DNA of 64,000 nucleotides. Origin: Chrysomallon squamiferum. Lineage: Eukaryota > Animalia > Mollusca. The stretch is taken from the NCBI GenBank assembly GCA_012295275.1, contig CM022677.1, positions 14,508,001 through 14,572,000 on the forward strand, written 5' to 3'. A program made the translations under genes and the position numbers. A model generated the notes under the pieces. That model saw only the letters and a program-made list of their open reading frames with translations, had not been told where the DNA came from and did no database searches. Shown in pieces: positions 47,034 through 62,100 of the stretch (within the stretch, counting starts at the first letter, position 1; each line of letters starts with the position of its first letter).

Positions 47034-47767
47034 GATTTTTTAGAGAGTGAATATGAAATGATGAACATGTCTTATAGGTTGATTCGAGTATTTGAGAAAG
47101 AAACTGTGAGAATATGAGTTAGAAAGAATGGGTATATCATTTGCGGTTTTGTGTGTGTTTTATCTGTGTTTTTGAGAGTGCATATGTATTATAGATAGAT
47201 ACATAGGTAGACAGAGAGACAAAAAGAAAGATAGAAAGATATATGTCAATGTAAAAGATGTGTGTGTAAATGTGTAAAGCTCTATAATATGTGTCTGTGT
47301 GTTAGAGAGAGTGCGGATACATAGGGTACTGCTATTTTTTCCAATATCTATATATAGATAGAAAGACAGGAGAACAGAGTATAGACAGAAGTGTATGTAT
47401 TTAAGAGTATTTTTGAACATGCATGTATTCTCTGTCTTGCTCACAAAGAGAAATACTCACTCTTTCTTACATATGCACTCCAGCTTTCACATCTGCAGAC
47501 ATAGCGTACCTAACAAATATATATATATATATATATACATACATAAACACATTTTTATTCACACATCACCTCTTTATAACCCTCCCAAAAATAAATACTC
47601 AGTATATTCTTACACATGCCTGTCTCTAAGCAAATCTACCCCAAATCTAAATCTAATCTATATAAAATAAATAAACAGCATAAACACAATCTTGTTCACA
47701 CTTATTTACTGACCATCCTTTCTCTGTTTAATAAAGATAAATATATATATCTATATATATATGTGCA

Positions 47768-47779
<12 letters not shown>

Positions 47780-47801
<22 letters not shown>

Positions 47802-48960
47802 CCGATAGTAGTAGTTAAGTTCCTGGCAAAGCGTTGGGTATATTTTAGAAATATACTTTTTCTAAGCTGGAGTCAGTGAGATGGAGAAAGATGAAGGTGA
47901 TTTTCGTTTATTGTGTTTTTAATTAGTTTTCTGACGTACAGTGGAGTTTTTTAGACGTAATTTGTGACGCTGAGTTTACGTTCTATGAACAAATAAGATT
48001 TCAGTTTTATATGAATAAAGTGAGGTTCCATCAAAAATAAAGAATATGCATGAAATAATCATTTTATTTCCTTTCTTACTTATTTCTTTTCCCTTGTTTC
48101 TATAGTCTGTCTTAATTATTATTATATTTATCATTTTAATTAGTATTATTGTAGTGTTTTGTTGTGTTTACGAAAATAAATAAATAAGAAAATAAATAAA
48201 TAAATTTAAATTTTAATACCGACAATACTTCACAGTTTAAATAGTTGATACTGGATGTTTATAATATTAGACATATTATGTAGATGAGAAGGCGCCAGTT
48301 TAATCTGATATTTTAAAAGTTTCAGGTGAGGTTTTATTCATAACTGGAAAAGAAACATTAATATTTACTTGACAGTAAAGACATTATTGTTATGTTTTAA
48401 TAGGATGAAACAAATGATATATTTCGTCTAGCTAACTAAACACATCCTCATATCTCATAAAACACTAGTTCAGGAGGCCAGGCATGTTTTCTATGATATA
48501 TCTTACAAATTATAATATTAATACAATGGATATATCTCCTAGTAGAATAAAATGTAACTGTAAGTGAAATTATCAGTATTTTTTATGATGCAAAAAAGAG
48601 GAAAACATAATAAAACATCAGGTTATTTTAACTCAGTATCAGTTTATAATATAAACGTCGCTGGTTTTATATATGAAACGAGAGTTACGTCGCGTTTTAC
48701 AAAACAGAAAACTTCGTTTATCTCTGTGAATTTTAATTTTAATGTCGTTTGCTTTGCAATTTTGTGATTAAAGAAAAATGTAACTTCTCACGTGTTCTGT
48801 ATTATTTATTGATTTATTTATTTATTTATTTTTTTTTTTTTTTTTTGAGAACAAATTGTAGCTCAGCTTAACAGAAACATATTGTCTCAATAGAGTGGCT
48901 TCCCCTGTATATGTAGTCATTAAGTTATTTATTTCTGAATTTAGAAGTCCAGCGCTGAAT
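47780..48960 (+). repeat. Dispersed repeat shared with 28350-28920, with one sub-block inverted
   Basis: Identical tagtcattaagttatttatttctgaatttagaagtccagcgctgaat at ~28760 and ~48915; 48620-48670 is the reverse complement of 28870-28920. Confidence 0.8.
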
Positions 48961-49259
48961 CAAGGTTATTCTTGAAAAGTCGATGATATTCCTTTAGCTG
49001 TATCCAAGATTATACTGACAATATCAATTTTTGTTATGAAGCAAACAGAGGTAAACTTAATAAAATAACAGTGGTACATTTATTAAGATAGATCGTAATT
49101 TATTCGTGTAAACTGCTCAGCTGGTAGTATATAAACACGTGAATACTGTCGAGCAATCTCAAATTATTTTCAGAAAATTACGCTTACAAATATCTGTTAT
49201 TAATCTCTTGCAAACTGAGCTGAGAAATTACTCCTATTGTAGGAAGAGATCTATGTATC

Positions 49260-49290
<31 letters not shown>

Positions 49291-52243
49291 TAAATAAATA
49301 AAAAATAAAAAAAATATAATAAAAAATATAAATAATAAGATTGGAGCCTGGGTATGCAGAACATTTTGAGAAATTGTGATAAAATAAACTGACGTATGCA
49401 GCTTTAACATTTTAATTATTTTGCTGAATCTGTTTTGGTAAGCTTTTTTTTGTTTTTGTTTGTTTTCGTTGTTCTTGTTGTTATTTTTTAAAAAATATAA
49501 TTTGTTTTAGAGACAGGAAAAGATGAGATCAGTGTGTTTTTCTGTTATACTGATTATTGTGATAACTGCAAGTCCCTTGTAATATCTAGAACTACAGAGT
49601 AATATTCTCTTATTTAGAGATTTTAAATAAAAAGGAAACTGTGAGATCAATGTGTTATCTGTCCTAGTCTAATTATACTGATAATTAATTCTCTTATTAC
49701 TAATGTTTTCTGAAGTATATTGATATTATATATATATATATATATATCACTATCTGACTGACTAAAACTGCAATACGCCCTACAAATAAAGAAAATAACG
49801 TTATTTTTTAAGCAGTCTCATTTTTATTCTTATATACTTTAAGAAAAAAAAAAGAGATATATATATATATATATATTAATAATAATAATAATAATAAAAG
49901 AAAGATTAAGCTTATCCAGCAGCGCAGTTTATAAAGCAAAATGTAGAATCAGCAAAAATAATATATTTTATATTCATTTCACAATCTTCACCTTTTCCGG
50001 TATTCTTTTGTTTTGTTTAAAAAAAAAAAAAAAAGACTCAACATTGTCTTAGCCTGTAAAACTGATGTTGTAATCGAAACCTCGGGTGACACACTGAATC
50101 TGCTACACGTTTTACTCCATGTTTACTATCGAATGACAATTTTAAATAAGAATTATTCAACTAGTTGATAATATTATATAAAACCAAGCAGATATCATAC
50201 GAATAAACTTTTATTATTTATATTATTATTATTATTATTATTATTATTACTTGATTTCAGTTGTTATCATAAAGAAAGAATTAAACACAATTTTACAATC
50301 AACATTGCAAAAGTATTTCATAATAATTAATTTTAAAACGAACATACAAGACTGTTTCAGAAATTAAGAAAAAATAAAATAAAATCAAATCAAACTTAAT
50401 TTGCTTGATTATGGTTTAATTATGACAGCTATGACATTATCAAATAAAAGTGAAATTGGTTCATAATACAAAATCTTTAAGGCATACGCCACTGTAATTC
50501 ATTATTGGAATGCATTGTTAGAAAACTAGGGTTTAGTTTTATCTTAAAATGCTATTGTAATTATATTTCCTGTTTAACAAAATTCAGTTTGATTAATAAC
50601 AACATGCAGAATGATTTTGACTGCTCAAGACTTACAGTGTTGTGTTGTATACAAATTCACATTTGTTTCTCAAGACAGGAAATTAAACAGAAAATACAGA
50701 CTATAAATTGAACATTTTTTAAATTGATTTTTGAATTTTCCAAAATGTGAAAGGCAAATTATAAAATACCATTTATGTACATTTTTTCTCTTACTTGTTT
50801 TTAATTTTATTTTCTATTGTTAATGATTTCTTATTGAAATAATTCTAATATTCTTTCTAAAATGGGAAAGCAAATTATAAAAATGTCTAAACAGAAATAA
50901 CTGAATATTTAAGTTTTATTATCTAGGCAGGTTTTTAAGTAATTTCAACTTGAAGATCATCATGTTTCTTCTAATTAAAAATAACAAAGTCATGGTTAAT
51001 GCAAATAAAAGTTAAATTAGTTAACAGTTTACATTAGAAATAAATTATTATTATTTTTTTTATTATTAAAAATTCTTATTACCTCTAATTAGTAAACCTA
51101 CAATTATACGTTCACTAATTACCCCAACAAACTTTTGATTTCCCCCATTTTAAATAATATAAAGAAAACTTTTTGTCACTTTTTTGTGGTTTTTTGTTTA
51201 AAATTAAAAAAAAAAAAAACTTACATAATGTTCAATTACATTTACAATTACCCCGAACAAATTCTTGATTTCCCTTGATCTAAATAATATTAAAAAGGTA
51301 AAAATAGATTTTTTATATCCATATATATATATAATATTCTAATTACCCCCAATTACATAATTTTCAATTATATTTACATTGATTAACCCCAGTAAACCAT
51401 TGAGTTCCCCTGATTTAAATCATGTAAAAAAAAGAAGACAAAATAAAAGATTTTATTTTTGTTTGGTTTCTGGGTTTTTTATTTTTTTATTTTATTTTTT
51501 TAAATGTATTAAAATTCTAATCACCCCTAATTACATAGTTTAAAATGTATTTACATTGATTACCCCAGCAAACCATGGATTTTCCTCTGATTTAAATAAT
51601 ATAAAAATTAGATGATCCAAAAAAATTAGCATCTCTGTGCACCATCACATTATTTTAGTTTTCTTCATTTAGATGACATTCCTCTTTCAGTGAGAAAAAT
51701 TAGAATAACCAAGCACACATCAATGATAAAAACAGTGCAAGCTGCTATGAAGTACAATGTGTACACTGGATGTTCTGATCACATTGACAATGCAGTCTCT
51801 TGGAGAACACTGAGTTTTCACGGCTTGAATCTGTTGTCTAGGATCCTACAACAAAATATAATATTCATTAATAAACTAAACATAAAATAAAGTGCAAGCA
51901 GTATTTTTGTTGTCAGCTCTAATTGCATTTCACTTTCTTAGCAAGAAGAATTTTAGTCCAATTTTTTATTTTAATAACAAAAATAAGTTATTAACGGTTT
52001 TCATTCGAAATGTAGTAATAATAATTTTTAAGGTCAAAGCTCATTTTCTATATTTGTAGTAATGTATCAAGCCATTTCATAACTTAAAATAATTTTATTT
52101 GAGGAAACATCACAAAATAAGAAGAGAAAATAATTATTACTGTGATTCCAAATAATGTTTGTAAATTTTGCTAATTTAGACCTAACTGAGTAACATAAAA
52201 AAAATAAAATAAAAATAATAAAATAAATGAAAACTAAATAATT

Positions 52244-55200
52244 GTGACCCACCACCATGAAATGCTTCTTATTTCACCAAGAACATATTTTGAGGTTTTA
52301 AGCTTTTCTAAAAGTATCTTTTATGCATTTTTTTTTTTGTTGGTGAAAACCATTTAAAAATCAAACAAATATTTCCTGACATACATGTATACATGTAATT
52401 TTACATGTTAACTGTTAGTTTTTGAGAAAATCACACTCAAAGATACACAAAGTTCTTTGTAACATTTTCTGTAAGAACCATTATTGTATGTCCATGAAAT
52501 ATGGCCTGCTTATCAAACTTAGTTCAATAAAGAATGCTGCAATATCTGTTTGAAGGCAATATCTATTTTACTTTTTGCACAATATTTTATATAAAGTAAG
52601 TAAAAATGCACCTTTTTAGTGCAACTACAAACAAAAGGACAAACAACTAAAAAGGACCAACTAGATCAGTTACTAATTATAGAAATTTTCCTAGCCAGTT
52701 AAAGAATGGAGCCACACCAAGCTTTGAACAGATCACACCATGCTGCACCCACTGATACCAATTAAACATATTCCTTGCATTTCAATTTTCTTTTAAGGAT
52801 AACATGTATGTATGTGTGGATCATGACAATATGTGACCAATTTAAGAACAGAATGTTTTCTAATATTTAATATTTAATTACTGTACATGCTTTCATACAA
52901 TACACTGAAATAGACTGACACACTTTGATAGTGTTACATTCTCATAATATTAATTCTCACCCCAAGAAATAATAATAACATTTAAAAAGTAATACAACCG
53001 TTATTTACATGCCATATATAGAATTGTCACAATTGTGACATGCGAACATCCAACAGTGTAATTTGAAAATAATATTTTTACCAACAGTTTCAAGTCAGTG
53101 TTAATGTATCTGCAATAAAATAAAACATTCTATGGGCAGACGAGATCCTGCATGTCTTGTCTAACAAAAGGTTGAATCCTGTCAGCCAGCTGGAATCCCA
53201 GGAGGGCGTATAGGTTCTGGAAGTCCTCTTAGTTGTGCCTTCACTGTTTAAGAGGACAAAACCACCCATCAAAGTACACCTGCTAGTCATATATTGTCAC
53301 ATGCACAATATATTGCATATATTGTCACAATGTAAGTTTACCTTCATTTCTCCCATGCCAAACTTCTGCCGAAAATGGTGTAGTAAAGAAATTACCCCTT
53401 GCTACTACTCATACCTTCATCAATCAAATAATTAATCTGCCTCACAACAAATTCCAAAAATCCCACATTTTCTAGGTAAATAAACTGGTCCAGGCTGCAG
53501 TGGACTACTTGGTATGTGGACTTGTTGGGCAAAGTTGAAAGAATAATGAATTGTACCAGGGAAAGAGTTAGGTTGGTGAGGGCCAACATTGGTAATTAGC
53601 TTCAGTGGCAGTAACTTCCATTCAGATTCCACAATACACAGATGATCTAGTTGTTCACCAAGCACTCACATTTTGGAAGACTGGCAGTTCAGTGAATCAT
53701 CTCACTGTTTTGTTTGCACTGCCAGCACAGATCTGCTGTCCTAGGTGTTCAACAACTACAAAGTGAACTTGCAGCTTCCATAGATTAATAAAGGAGGATT
53801 TCCCTATAACACGATGACCTAAAAAAGAAAAGAGACATAAAAATAAATAAGTATTAAAACAATCACTGCAAATCGTTAAAATTATTTTAAGTAACAATTT
53901 CTAAATAATTTAATTACTAATTTTCTATATCAAGAGTGACAACATCAATAACTTTAAAACTTAAAAATTAAGTAAAAATATAAATGTATGCACGATTATC
54001 TGAATTAGTGTACTGTTTGAAGCACCTTTCCTATAAAGTATAATTTAATGTTTGTTTTAATTTATCTCCAGATATAGAAGTGTTGCTTTACAACAAACAT
54101 GTATACATATTAAATTATGTACGTATATCGACATGTTTATTCATCTATATATAAATCAAAATATCTTTACATCCTTAAACAGGTATATATAAAACCCCCA
54201 AATATACCAATCTATACATTCAAATAACTATTAAATAGTATTAAAAAATAAAACAAATAAAACATGACACAGTGGCAGTATGGTCATTTTTGCATAATAA
54301 AAAGAATGTTCTTAGAACCAAGGAGGGGAACAGATATTAAGTAACAGTTAGAAAGAAAAAAAGTAGCTTTATCAATAGTTATAATTTATTTGGTTGTGCA
54401 CGTGCTGGTGAAGAATCTTCTGTGTGAAGTCACAATCAACTTACATCGTGCAATAGCAAGTTGTCTGTAATGACTCAAAGTGAAGCCTTCGTCTCAGATG
54501 TGTGGAGTATGTTGACATCACTTCTCTTGAATCCTGTACTCGGCCGGGTAAGATGAGTGCATGGTCCTCCATAAAATGCTGCAGAAACTGGACAAGCCTC
54601 TCTATATCATCAGAACTGAGTACACTGGATTAAATTTTCTCTCACCACATTTTTTCTGTCTTGGAGTTACTCCATGCTGATGTAGTTCTTCAGCAATGCT
54701 GTTAGTCAGAATAAACTAACGCTGTAATAAAGACATTAAAAAATAATTTTTGTTATTGTTCTTTGTAGCAACACTTATATATAATCATTGGTATACTAAT
54801 AAAATATCTTTGGTATATCTAATCTAAAAATAGAATATGGGGAAATAAATTTAGAACCCCTCCTCCTCAATAAAAAAACAAACAATATATACACTGAACT
54901 GGACGACTGAAATGTTTTTTTAAATAACAACATAAAAGAATACTTCCATTTTGCCATTCAGTTCTTAAATAATCATATGTTCTAAACAGTAATATTTAGC
55001 AATTTATTATAAACTACTCAGGATCAATGGATTAAAACACACTTACCCATCAATGAATTGGAAGGTTTCTCTACAGTTTTAGAATCTCTGAAGTTTACTA
55101 TCTGTTTGTCGGCAGGGTTTTAAACATGTCATCTCTCCATTATTCATAGTACTTGACAGGACTTCAAGTAGAATCATGTCTTTTTCAACTGCAAAACACA

Positions 55201-56305
55201 AAATAAAATATTTTTAAAATTATATTAAAATGTATTAAGTTACCTATTGTTTAAAAAACATTTTTATATTATTCAATAATTACTGAAAAGGTGAATATTA
55301 TATATAAAATTATTTTTCGTTAAAATTAATACAAAACATTAGGGTAACCAAAAATGTATGCTTGGCTACTTATAAGTTAAAAACAACAACAAAGAAGCCA
55401 AATCAACTGTTATTTTAATAATTTTTGAAAACACTAAAATGACTACAAACAGAGGATAGTCCCTTTATCTATAAATATTACATGCTATGCATTCTTACCT
55501 TTGATGAATTCTGCCATATTCAATCTCAATTCCAGCACTTCATCTCAGTCAAATTGTTCAAACTTTTCAGCAATCACATCACATGACTGATTAATGTCTG
55601 GTTCAAGTCTTGAAATGAATTCGTATCAATCAGAGGTCTGTTGCTACTTTCATCTTCAGAAGCGATCGATCCACAGCAAGCAAAATTTAATTCAGAATCA
55701 GTATCATCAGCTGAATCTTCGTTATTCTCTGTAATATCACCAGTGTCATTTATCACTTCAGTAACAGAAGAATCAGTAAAATAATCCTGGATCAAAGACT
55801 GTACATTTTCTGAATCAGTACTCTCAAAAATATTTACTCTACATGCAGAATTTAAAGCCTTAGTTAAAATTTCAGCATACAGTTAAACACCATCTTGGAA
55901 ATTACCTCGCTTGCATTGAAGTATTACATCACATGATATTCTTGACCAATGAGTGAAGGGGAATTCTGCCCCAGTAACCCTTTGTTTACTGTTCAATTCT
56001 TATTTTGTTCTAATTCATTGATCTTCTATTTTAAACTCAGCCAATCAAACTCTACAAGCTTTCCACTGATACCGGGGTGAAACCATTTGCTGAAACCTGA
56101 ATTTTTCACACAGTTTTAATTAACAGAAAACAAAGAATTATCTCATTTAAGTGCATTTTTTAAGCATATGGAACAAAATATGTATGTAAATGGATAAACT
56201 ATCAGTGTAAATTAAAATCTCAATCTACTCCCCACTGAGCTTATTTTGGTTTTTACACACAATTAGGCAAGGTGACATCCAACTCATTTTGTGGTGGTGG
56301 ATCAC
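52244..56305 (-). mobile_element. Sola (Sola1-like) DNA transposon with both ends, decayed
   Basis: 21-bp TIR GTGACCCACCACCATGAAATG / GTGATCCACCACCACAAAATG; AATT on both sides (52240-52243, 56306-56309), fitting the AWWT target of Sola1. Confidence 0.88.
52690..55893 (-). pseudogene. Intron-containing Sola transposase, frameshifted
   Basis: Exons encode EVLELRLNMAEF, EKDMILL..CRETFQFIDG, HALILPGRV.GFKRSDV, DLCWQCKQN, HYSFNFAQQVHIPSSPLQPGPVY, PRKCGIFGICCEA, QINYLIDEG and NLHCDN. The 3' end is approximate. Confidence 0.85.
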
Positions 56306-57504
56306 AATTATGGAACAAAAACCAACAATAGTAAAAGAAACAAACAGTAATAAGAATGACAAAAATAATTATACTTTTCCTGGAAACTTGACATCTTTGT
56401 TTTACTTGATTCCCTGTTAGCTAGTCGAGTAAACTAAAAAGTCAATAAATAAAATGTACATGTCATTAGATATGTGTATCATTTAAAGTTTAAATACAAA
56501 AAGGTCAATATTAATATTACTAAAAAAATTTGTTTTTAATATTTTTTTTATTATCATTATTAAAATTATTTTAGAAATGACTCACCAATATCAGTGTTTT
56601 GTAAAAGCTCAGAGTGGGGATCTTAAACTAACTGAATGTCATGATCCTTATTCTCTGACAGGAACAGGGTATCATCCCTGTGATTTCCACTGGAAATTAA
56701 TAACAAGAAAAAGAAATTAAGATAAATTTGTTTAAGAAAAACATTGATAAGTGATATATAAATCTTTTACATTATTCAAATAAATTCTGTAAATGAAATA
56801 GTGTAATAATTCAAAATATCTGTTTATTGTTTAATTTTATACTGAGATACATTATTCTGTAATATAACAATAACTGTGTGTATGTGTGTGTTTTGTTGTG
56901 TTTTTTATTCATTAAGTTATTACCCTTTCACATTGTTATGATCTAGAATCCATGTTTTGATGATCTTCTTGTAAAAGTTATTTTCAACAAAAGGATCAAC
57001 ACCTTTTGGATCCAGCATGTTCTTCGGGCTGAAGGTTAAGTAGAAACAAAAGATAATGTATTAGGAAAGGAAAGATGTGTTACAAGAATTAAATAAAAAT
57101 ATAGATAACTAGGACAGTATATTTACATTGTAAACAGATACTTTACAGCATTTAACAAAATATTAACTCAACTGGTCTGACAGAGTACAGCGCTGTATTT
57201 GTTGATTTAATAAACACTCACTTCAAGCTGATCAATAATTGCACCAAATCTAAAATAAAGCAGAAATAGTTTATTTAAGAACAAACACAGCATGTTTTTT
57301 TTACTATTTTTAATATTCAAAAGGTAACTAACTATGATAACAGATAATGAAAAAGAAACCCTGTTTCTGCAATATAAAGTGACACCCTTTTAAACAAGCA
57401 ACCAAAAATATTTTTCTAATGTACATCTTTGCACAGAAAAAAACAAACACATATAATCTTAGATATATCAGGCATGGATCATCAGCTAGATTGTTAAAAA
57501 ACCT

Positions 57505-57580
57505 TGTTAGTCCTCCATGCAGGACTAATCCTTGAACCCAAAAGACATTGACCATGCACTCTAACCACTGAGCCAGTCTA
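57505..57580 (-). mobile_element. Degenerate tRNA-derived SINE head
   Basis: Minus strand has TGGCTCAGTGGTTAGAG (A box) and GGTTCAAG (B-box-like); no full cloverleaf. Confidence 0.4.
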
Positions 57581-58326
57581 TCATCACTATACATTTAACA
57601 AAACGAATTAAGTGAATCCTTACTGCAAAGAGTTTGACTTGTTTATTCTGGAGTACTGGTGAATCGCTACTCAGTTTTGTGAAAAATCTATGTTGTGATG
57701 TTTGCTAATGGGTATTTGGTACATTGTGACATTTGACCTCCCATTACCATAGTGAGATGCTGAATTAACATTAATAAAAATAATAACACTGAAATGTAAG
57801 CTGTCTGATGAAATTTAACTCAGATGCATTCATTTAATATTAACTTTCTTTACTGGTATATGAAATACTACCCAGTATATAAGAATCTATTAAAGCCTGA
57901 AATCCTCTATTTAAGTAATACAAATACATGTACAAAGGTCTGTACACTGAAACTGAATATTACAAATCCCAATTCTTCCAGTAAAATACATTTCATAAAT
58001 TTGTATAATAAAATATTTAATAAAATGATGGCCTTGCAACGTAAATTAAAAACTGTCGCAAAACATAATTTCTGCTTCCTAACCATTCAGCAGCTGTCCT
58101 GTCTCTGTCAGTTTTATCATTTCAAACCAGAAGAACAGCTCTGTGAGAAAGTCAACAAGGTTTTATTGTCTACCATCTCGCGTGTACAGGAGATCCTCCT
58201 GGCTACTGCCAGTTCCAGTCTAGTGAAAATAATGTTAAACATTTTAAAGTACTCATAAAATATAATGCTTCTTCTTTTAAAATTAAAGTACTGAAATGTA
58301 CACCAAAATAATCACATATGAATGTA

Positions 58327-58364
<38 letters not shown>

Positions 58365-59059
58365 ATGTGAAAGAGAGAGAGAGAGAAATGTACATGATAT
58401 AAACCTTGTACATTCATAGGTTTATAATGTATGAGTTGAATATTTTATAATTTACATATAGGTGTGATGAAGCAAATAATGTCAGAATCAATTATGTGCA
58501 TTCTGAAAAAAAAGAAAATTAATTAAATTAAATAATAAAAATAATAAACTGTTATAAATAAATAACTAATGTTTCTGTTATAATTAATTTTTAAATTTTA
58601 CTGTTATCAGTTACTGGATTATTCAGACAGAAAGGGGTGTCGGATATTTTTGATATACTTTGTATAATCATTATAAAAATAATGATGATGATAATGGTAA
58701 CAATTTAAATAATTAACAAAACAATAGAAAATAAACAATTATTATTATGCTATAGTAAAGAGTTGTTACTATAAAACATATTTTACTTGCTAAGAAATAA
58801 AAATAAGCAAAAACTCACAACTTGGAATTGTGCAGTCTGTAGTTTCAGTACAGCTGATTCATCCTTCTCCAAAATGTAAATTCCCTTTCTAGACAGCAAC
58901 TGAATAATACACCAATGACCTACATAAAATATTTAACATAAGTGGTAAAAAAAAGTTTTTAGAAATTACAACATGAACATGTTATCTTTTCTTTTTATCA
59001 ATCAACATTTGTCTGATAAATGCATTTTTTGTTTTGCTTATGATCATTCATGTAATATT

Positions 59060-59114
<55 letters not shown>

Positions 59115-62100
59115 AACATATATAAACTAAGAAACATACCCTGCCACTGTTGAGAGGTTTCTGAAAACATTCAAACACAGGCCTGACACATCACTTGACA
59201 CCAGACTTTTGATTCACATTATCAATAGTCTCTTGTGTCCCTTATCTGGAAAATGGCCTGGATTTTTATGAAGGGGACAGGGACCTGAATTCATTGGTCC
59301 CACTCTGAATCAGGTACAAGACTAGTTCGGTCCTTCGAATGTGGCAAGACTCTCATGAATGTTGCCTTCTTGTTCTGCTGCAGTTACAGCCTCTGTTTTC
59401 TTCTCATCCAGTTTCTTTCTCTGAGCTGCAAGCTCAAATATCACCTGCTGCTCAACTTCCTGGCTCTTGTCTTTACCAGTATCAGCTGATTTTCTTTTAA
59501 TAGTTTTATTAGTTTTATTTAATAATAATAAATAAATAATAATAATAATAATATTAAAATGCAAAATTCTCTGTGAGTTGTTGTGGTGTTTCCTTTGGTG
59601 TGTGCTACACAAGTTAATTTATTTTAAAACAAATTTAATCACTGGCCACTCAAAATTTGTCCCTGATATGCTGATTGGTAAAACAAAAGTGAAGATTAAA
59701 CATGATTTCTTATTTATATGACGTTGTTTATGCTGTTCACATTAGTACAGCCTCTGGTGAATGTTATTATTAATCGAGTGCCGTTTTTTTTTTTTGAAAA
59801 ATATAACTAAATAAATAAATAAATAATTATTGTTCCCAAATAATATGGCTGCCATCATGTGTCTATGACTTTTAAATTATAATTAAATAAAACGAAAAAA
59901 ATCCAAACGCATTATCAATTATAATAATAAATAGTAATACCTATCTCCTTCACAATATTAAATACTTTAAGTAACTTTTTTGTTGCATGATAATGCGATT
60001 ACACCAATTCTGTAGAAGATTCTTCGAACATCAAATAAAAAAGTAAATCCGTGAAGACCGACAATCATCCCGCATTTTCCGCAACTTCTACACTAAAAAA
60101 TAAATAAATAAAGAAAACAAAAATTAAAATAATGTTCAAAACAAATAAAATAAAATAAAGGAGCATCACAACCTTTATTAAAATATACGTACTAATTATA
60201 AATCGATGTTGTTCTTCTTCTTTTATTTATTTATTTATTTTTTTTTTTTTTTTGATCTTATTATTAGCCAATCGTTGACCGTGAACTTCAAATAAAGGGT
60301 GTTGTTATTTTTTCTCTCTACTTTTTCTCCCTACTTTTTCTTTCTTCTTATTATTTATTTAATTAATGCACGAAATAAAATCACAAAGCTTACAACTCAC
60401 ACTACAATAAGTTGCTTATTACTGTCCAGGAATTTACCAATCTTTGAAAACAATAAAAAAAATATTATTTTGCCTTTTACTAAGTATTGCAATCAGTGTC
60501 CTCCAGTACTAAAATATACTGTTAATATTTCTATTAATGTAGCCGTCGCTACCGTCGTAACGGCGTTGTCCTCACCGTTCTCGGTATACCTCTCACTATT
60601 CTTTTTCTTTTTATTAATTTTTATTCATGCGTGTTCAAATCCTACTCTAAAATGTATTATTACCATTTCTATTAATATCATCATCGTTGCCTTCGTAAAC
60701 GCCTTCTTTCTAGCTTTCGTAGAGTCCTTCTCATTATTCTTTAGCACTTTTTTTAATCATTCCTCATACTTTCTGAGCGTGCGAATCACTATGTGTCCGT
60801 CGCTACCGTCGTGCCGGCGTTGTTCATAACGTTATTGGTGTACTCCTTATTATACAGTTGCTAATGAAATAAAATTTTTATCTGGTTGCGATATTTTATT
60901 CCTGAATATTCACTGTACTTCTCAACTAGAAATTTCATGATGAATATCACTTCATATGTAATAAATTATTTGCTAATATTTAACAGAGAAACCTCACCTT
61001 TTCAATACACACCTGTCTACAAAAAGAAAATCAATATTTAATTATCATTTGAGGTGCAACTAAAACCAATGCTGAGTAACAGAGCAATTAGGAATTAGGA
61101 ATTTGGAAACCCTCTTTATTTCTAAATTTCTCAACTATCCTTCGTGACTGAGATGATATTCAGTTAGTTATACGACAAAACACTGAAAACTACAGGTATG
61201 ATTTCACTGTGAACATTCAAAAATATAGATGGAACTTCCGTGTTGTAATTTTTTAAAATAATAGTAGCTTTGTATGTGACGTCAAAATATATAGAGAACA
61301 CTATGCAACTAACTTCAGGTACCGCTTTGAAGTGTCCGTTTTAGTAAAAGTAACGTGATATTTTACTTTACTAATTCTAAATCATATAATAGAAAGGTGA
61401 AATTTTACTGTACGTCGAACTTAAATATTATGTGCACTACAGAAAATATTGATAACCACAGTTAATATAGCAGACATTACTAACAGTTATAAATAATAAT
61501 TATACATGGCGTTATGAAAATAAGCGGTTTAATTACTTATAAAAATAAAAAAAGATGAAAATTAATTATGAGCAGTGATATTTACAGTTTGAAGGTTAAT
61601 TATGTTGAGAAATGTTAATCTCATATTTTATTAATTATCGTATATTTATATCAGGTTATATTGAAAAATATCTGAGTTAATTCCCTGGAATCACGACAGT
61701 TTGTACTGATTAGCTGAGAAAAAGAAGGTGAACATGTCATTTTATTATGCGAAGTTTATTTTTTTCATTACAAGGTGTACATCAGCGCATATATTTTACA
61801 TTTCTTATTATACCTTATTATTATTATTAGATATTAAAATAACCACTCCACCAGTAAGTATCAATGAGTCAGTTAAGCAGACACCATATTTGTCACAGGT
61901 CCTGTCTTTGTCAACAGCTAAATAACAACAACAACAACAACAACAATAATAACACCTTATATTTTTATTTTTTATTTTGTTTTTATTTTTCTGTAAAAAC
62001 GGAAGCTATTCTCTTAGTTTCATTAGAACTGTTCCGAGTGCGGATATAAAAATTACTTCGAATTTTTTATTAGGCCTCGTAAAGTTATCAGAGAAATCAG

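Larger units (their letters stand above)
51745..59500 (-). pseudogene. Decayed paralogue of the 9662-15908 gene
   Basis: Shared exons: SQEVEQQVIFELAAQRKKLDEKK at ~59400, the ~58820-58920 exon, and the last exon GATCCTAGACAACAGATTCAAGC...LHCQCDQNIQCTHCTS*. Private AG/GT exons at ~58218-58083, 57760-57623, 57029-56923 and 56690-56586. Confidence 0.55.

Noticed and set aside
57505-57580. Functional tRNA gene
   Set aside because: An A box is present, but the acceptor stem and T-arm cannot be formed; treated as a SINE remnant.
60299-60829. 176-aa hydrophobic ORF as a membrane protein
   Set aside because: GTG start, low-complexity T-rich sequence, and the frame is not preserved in paralogous copies A and C.
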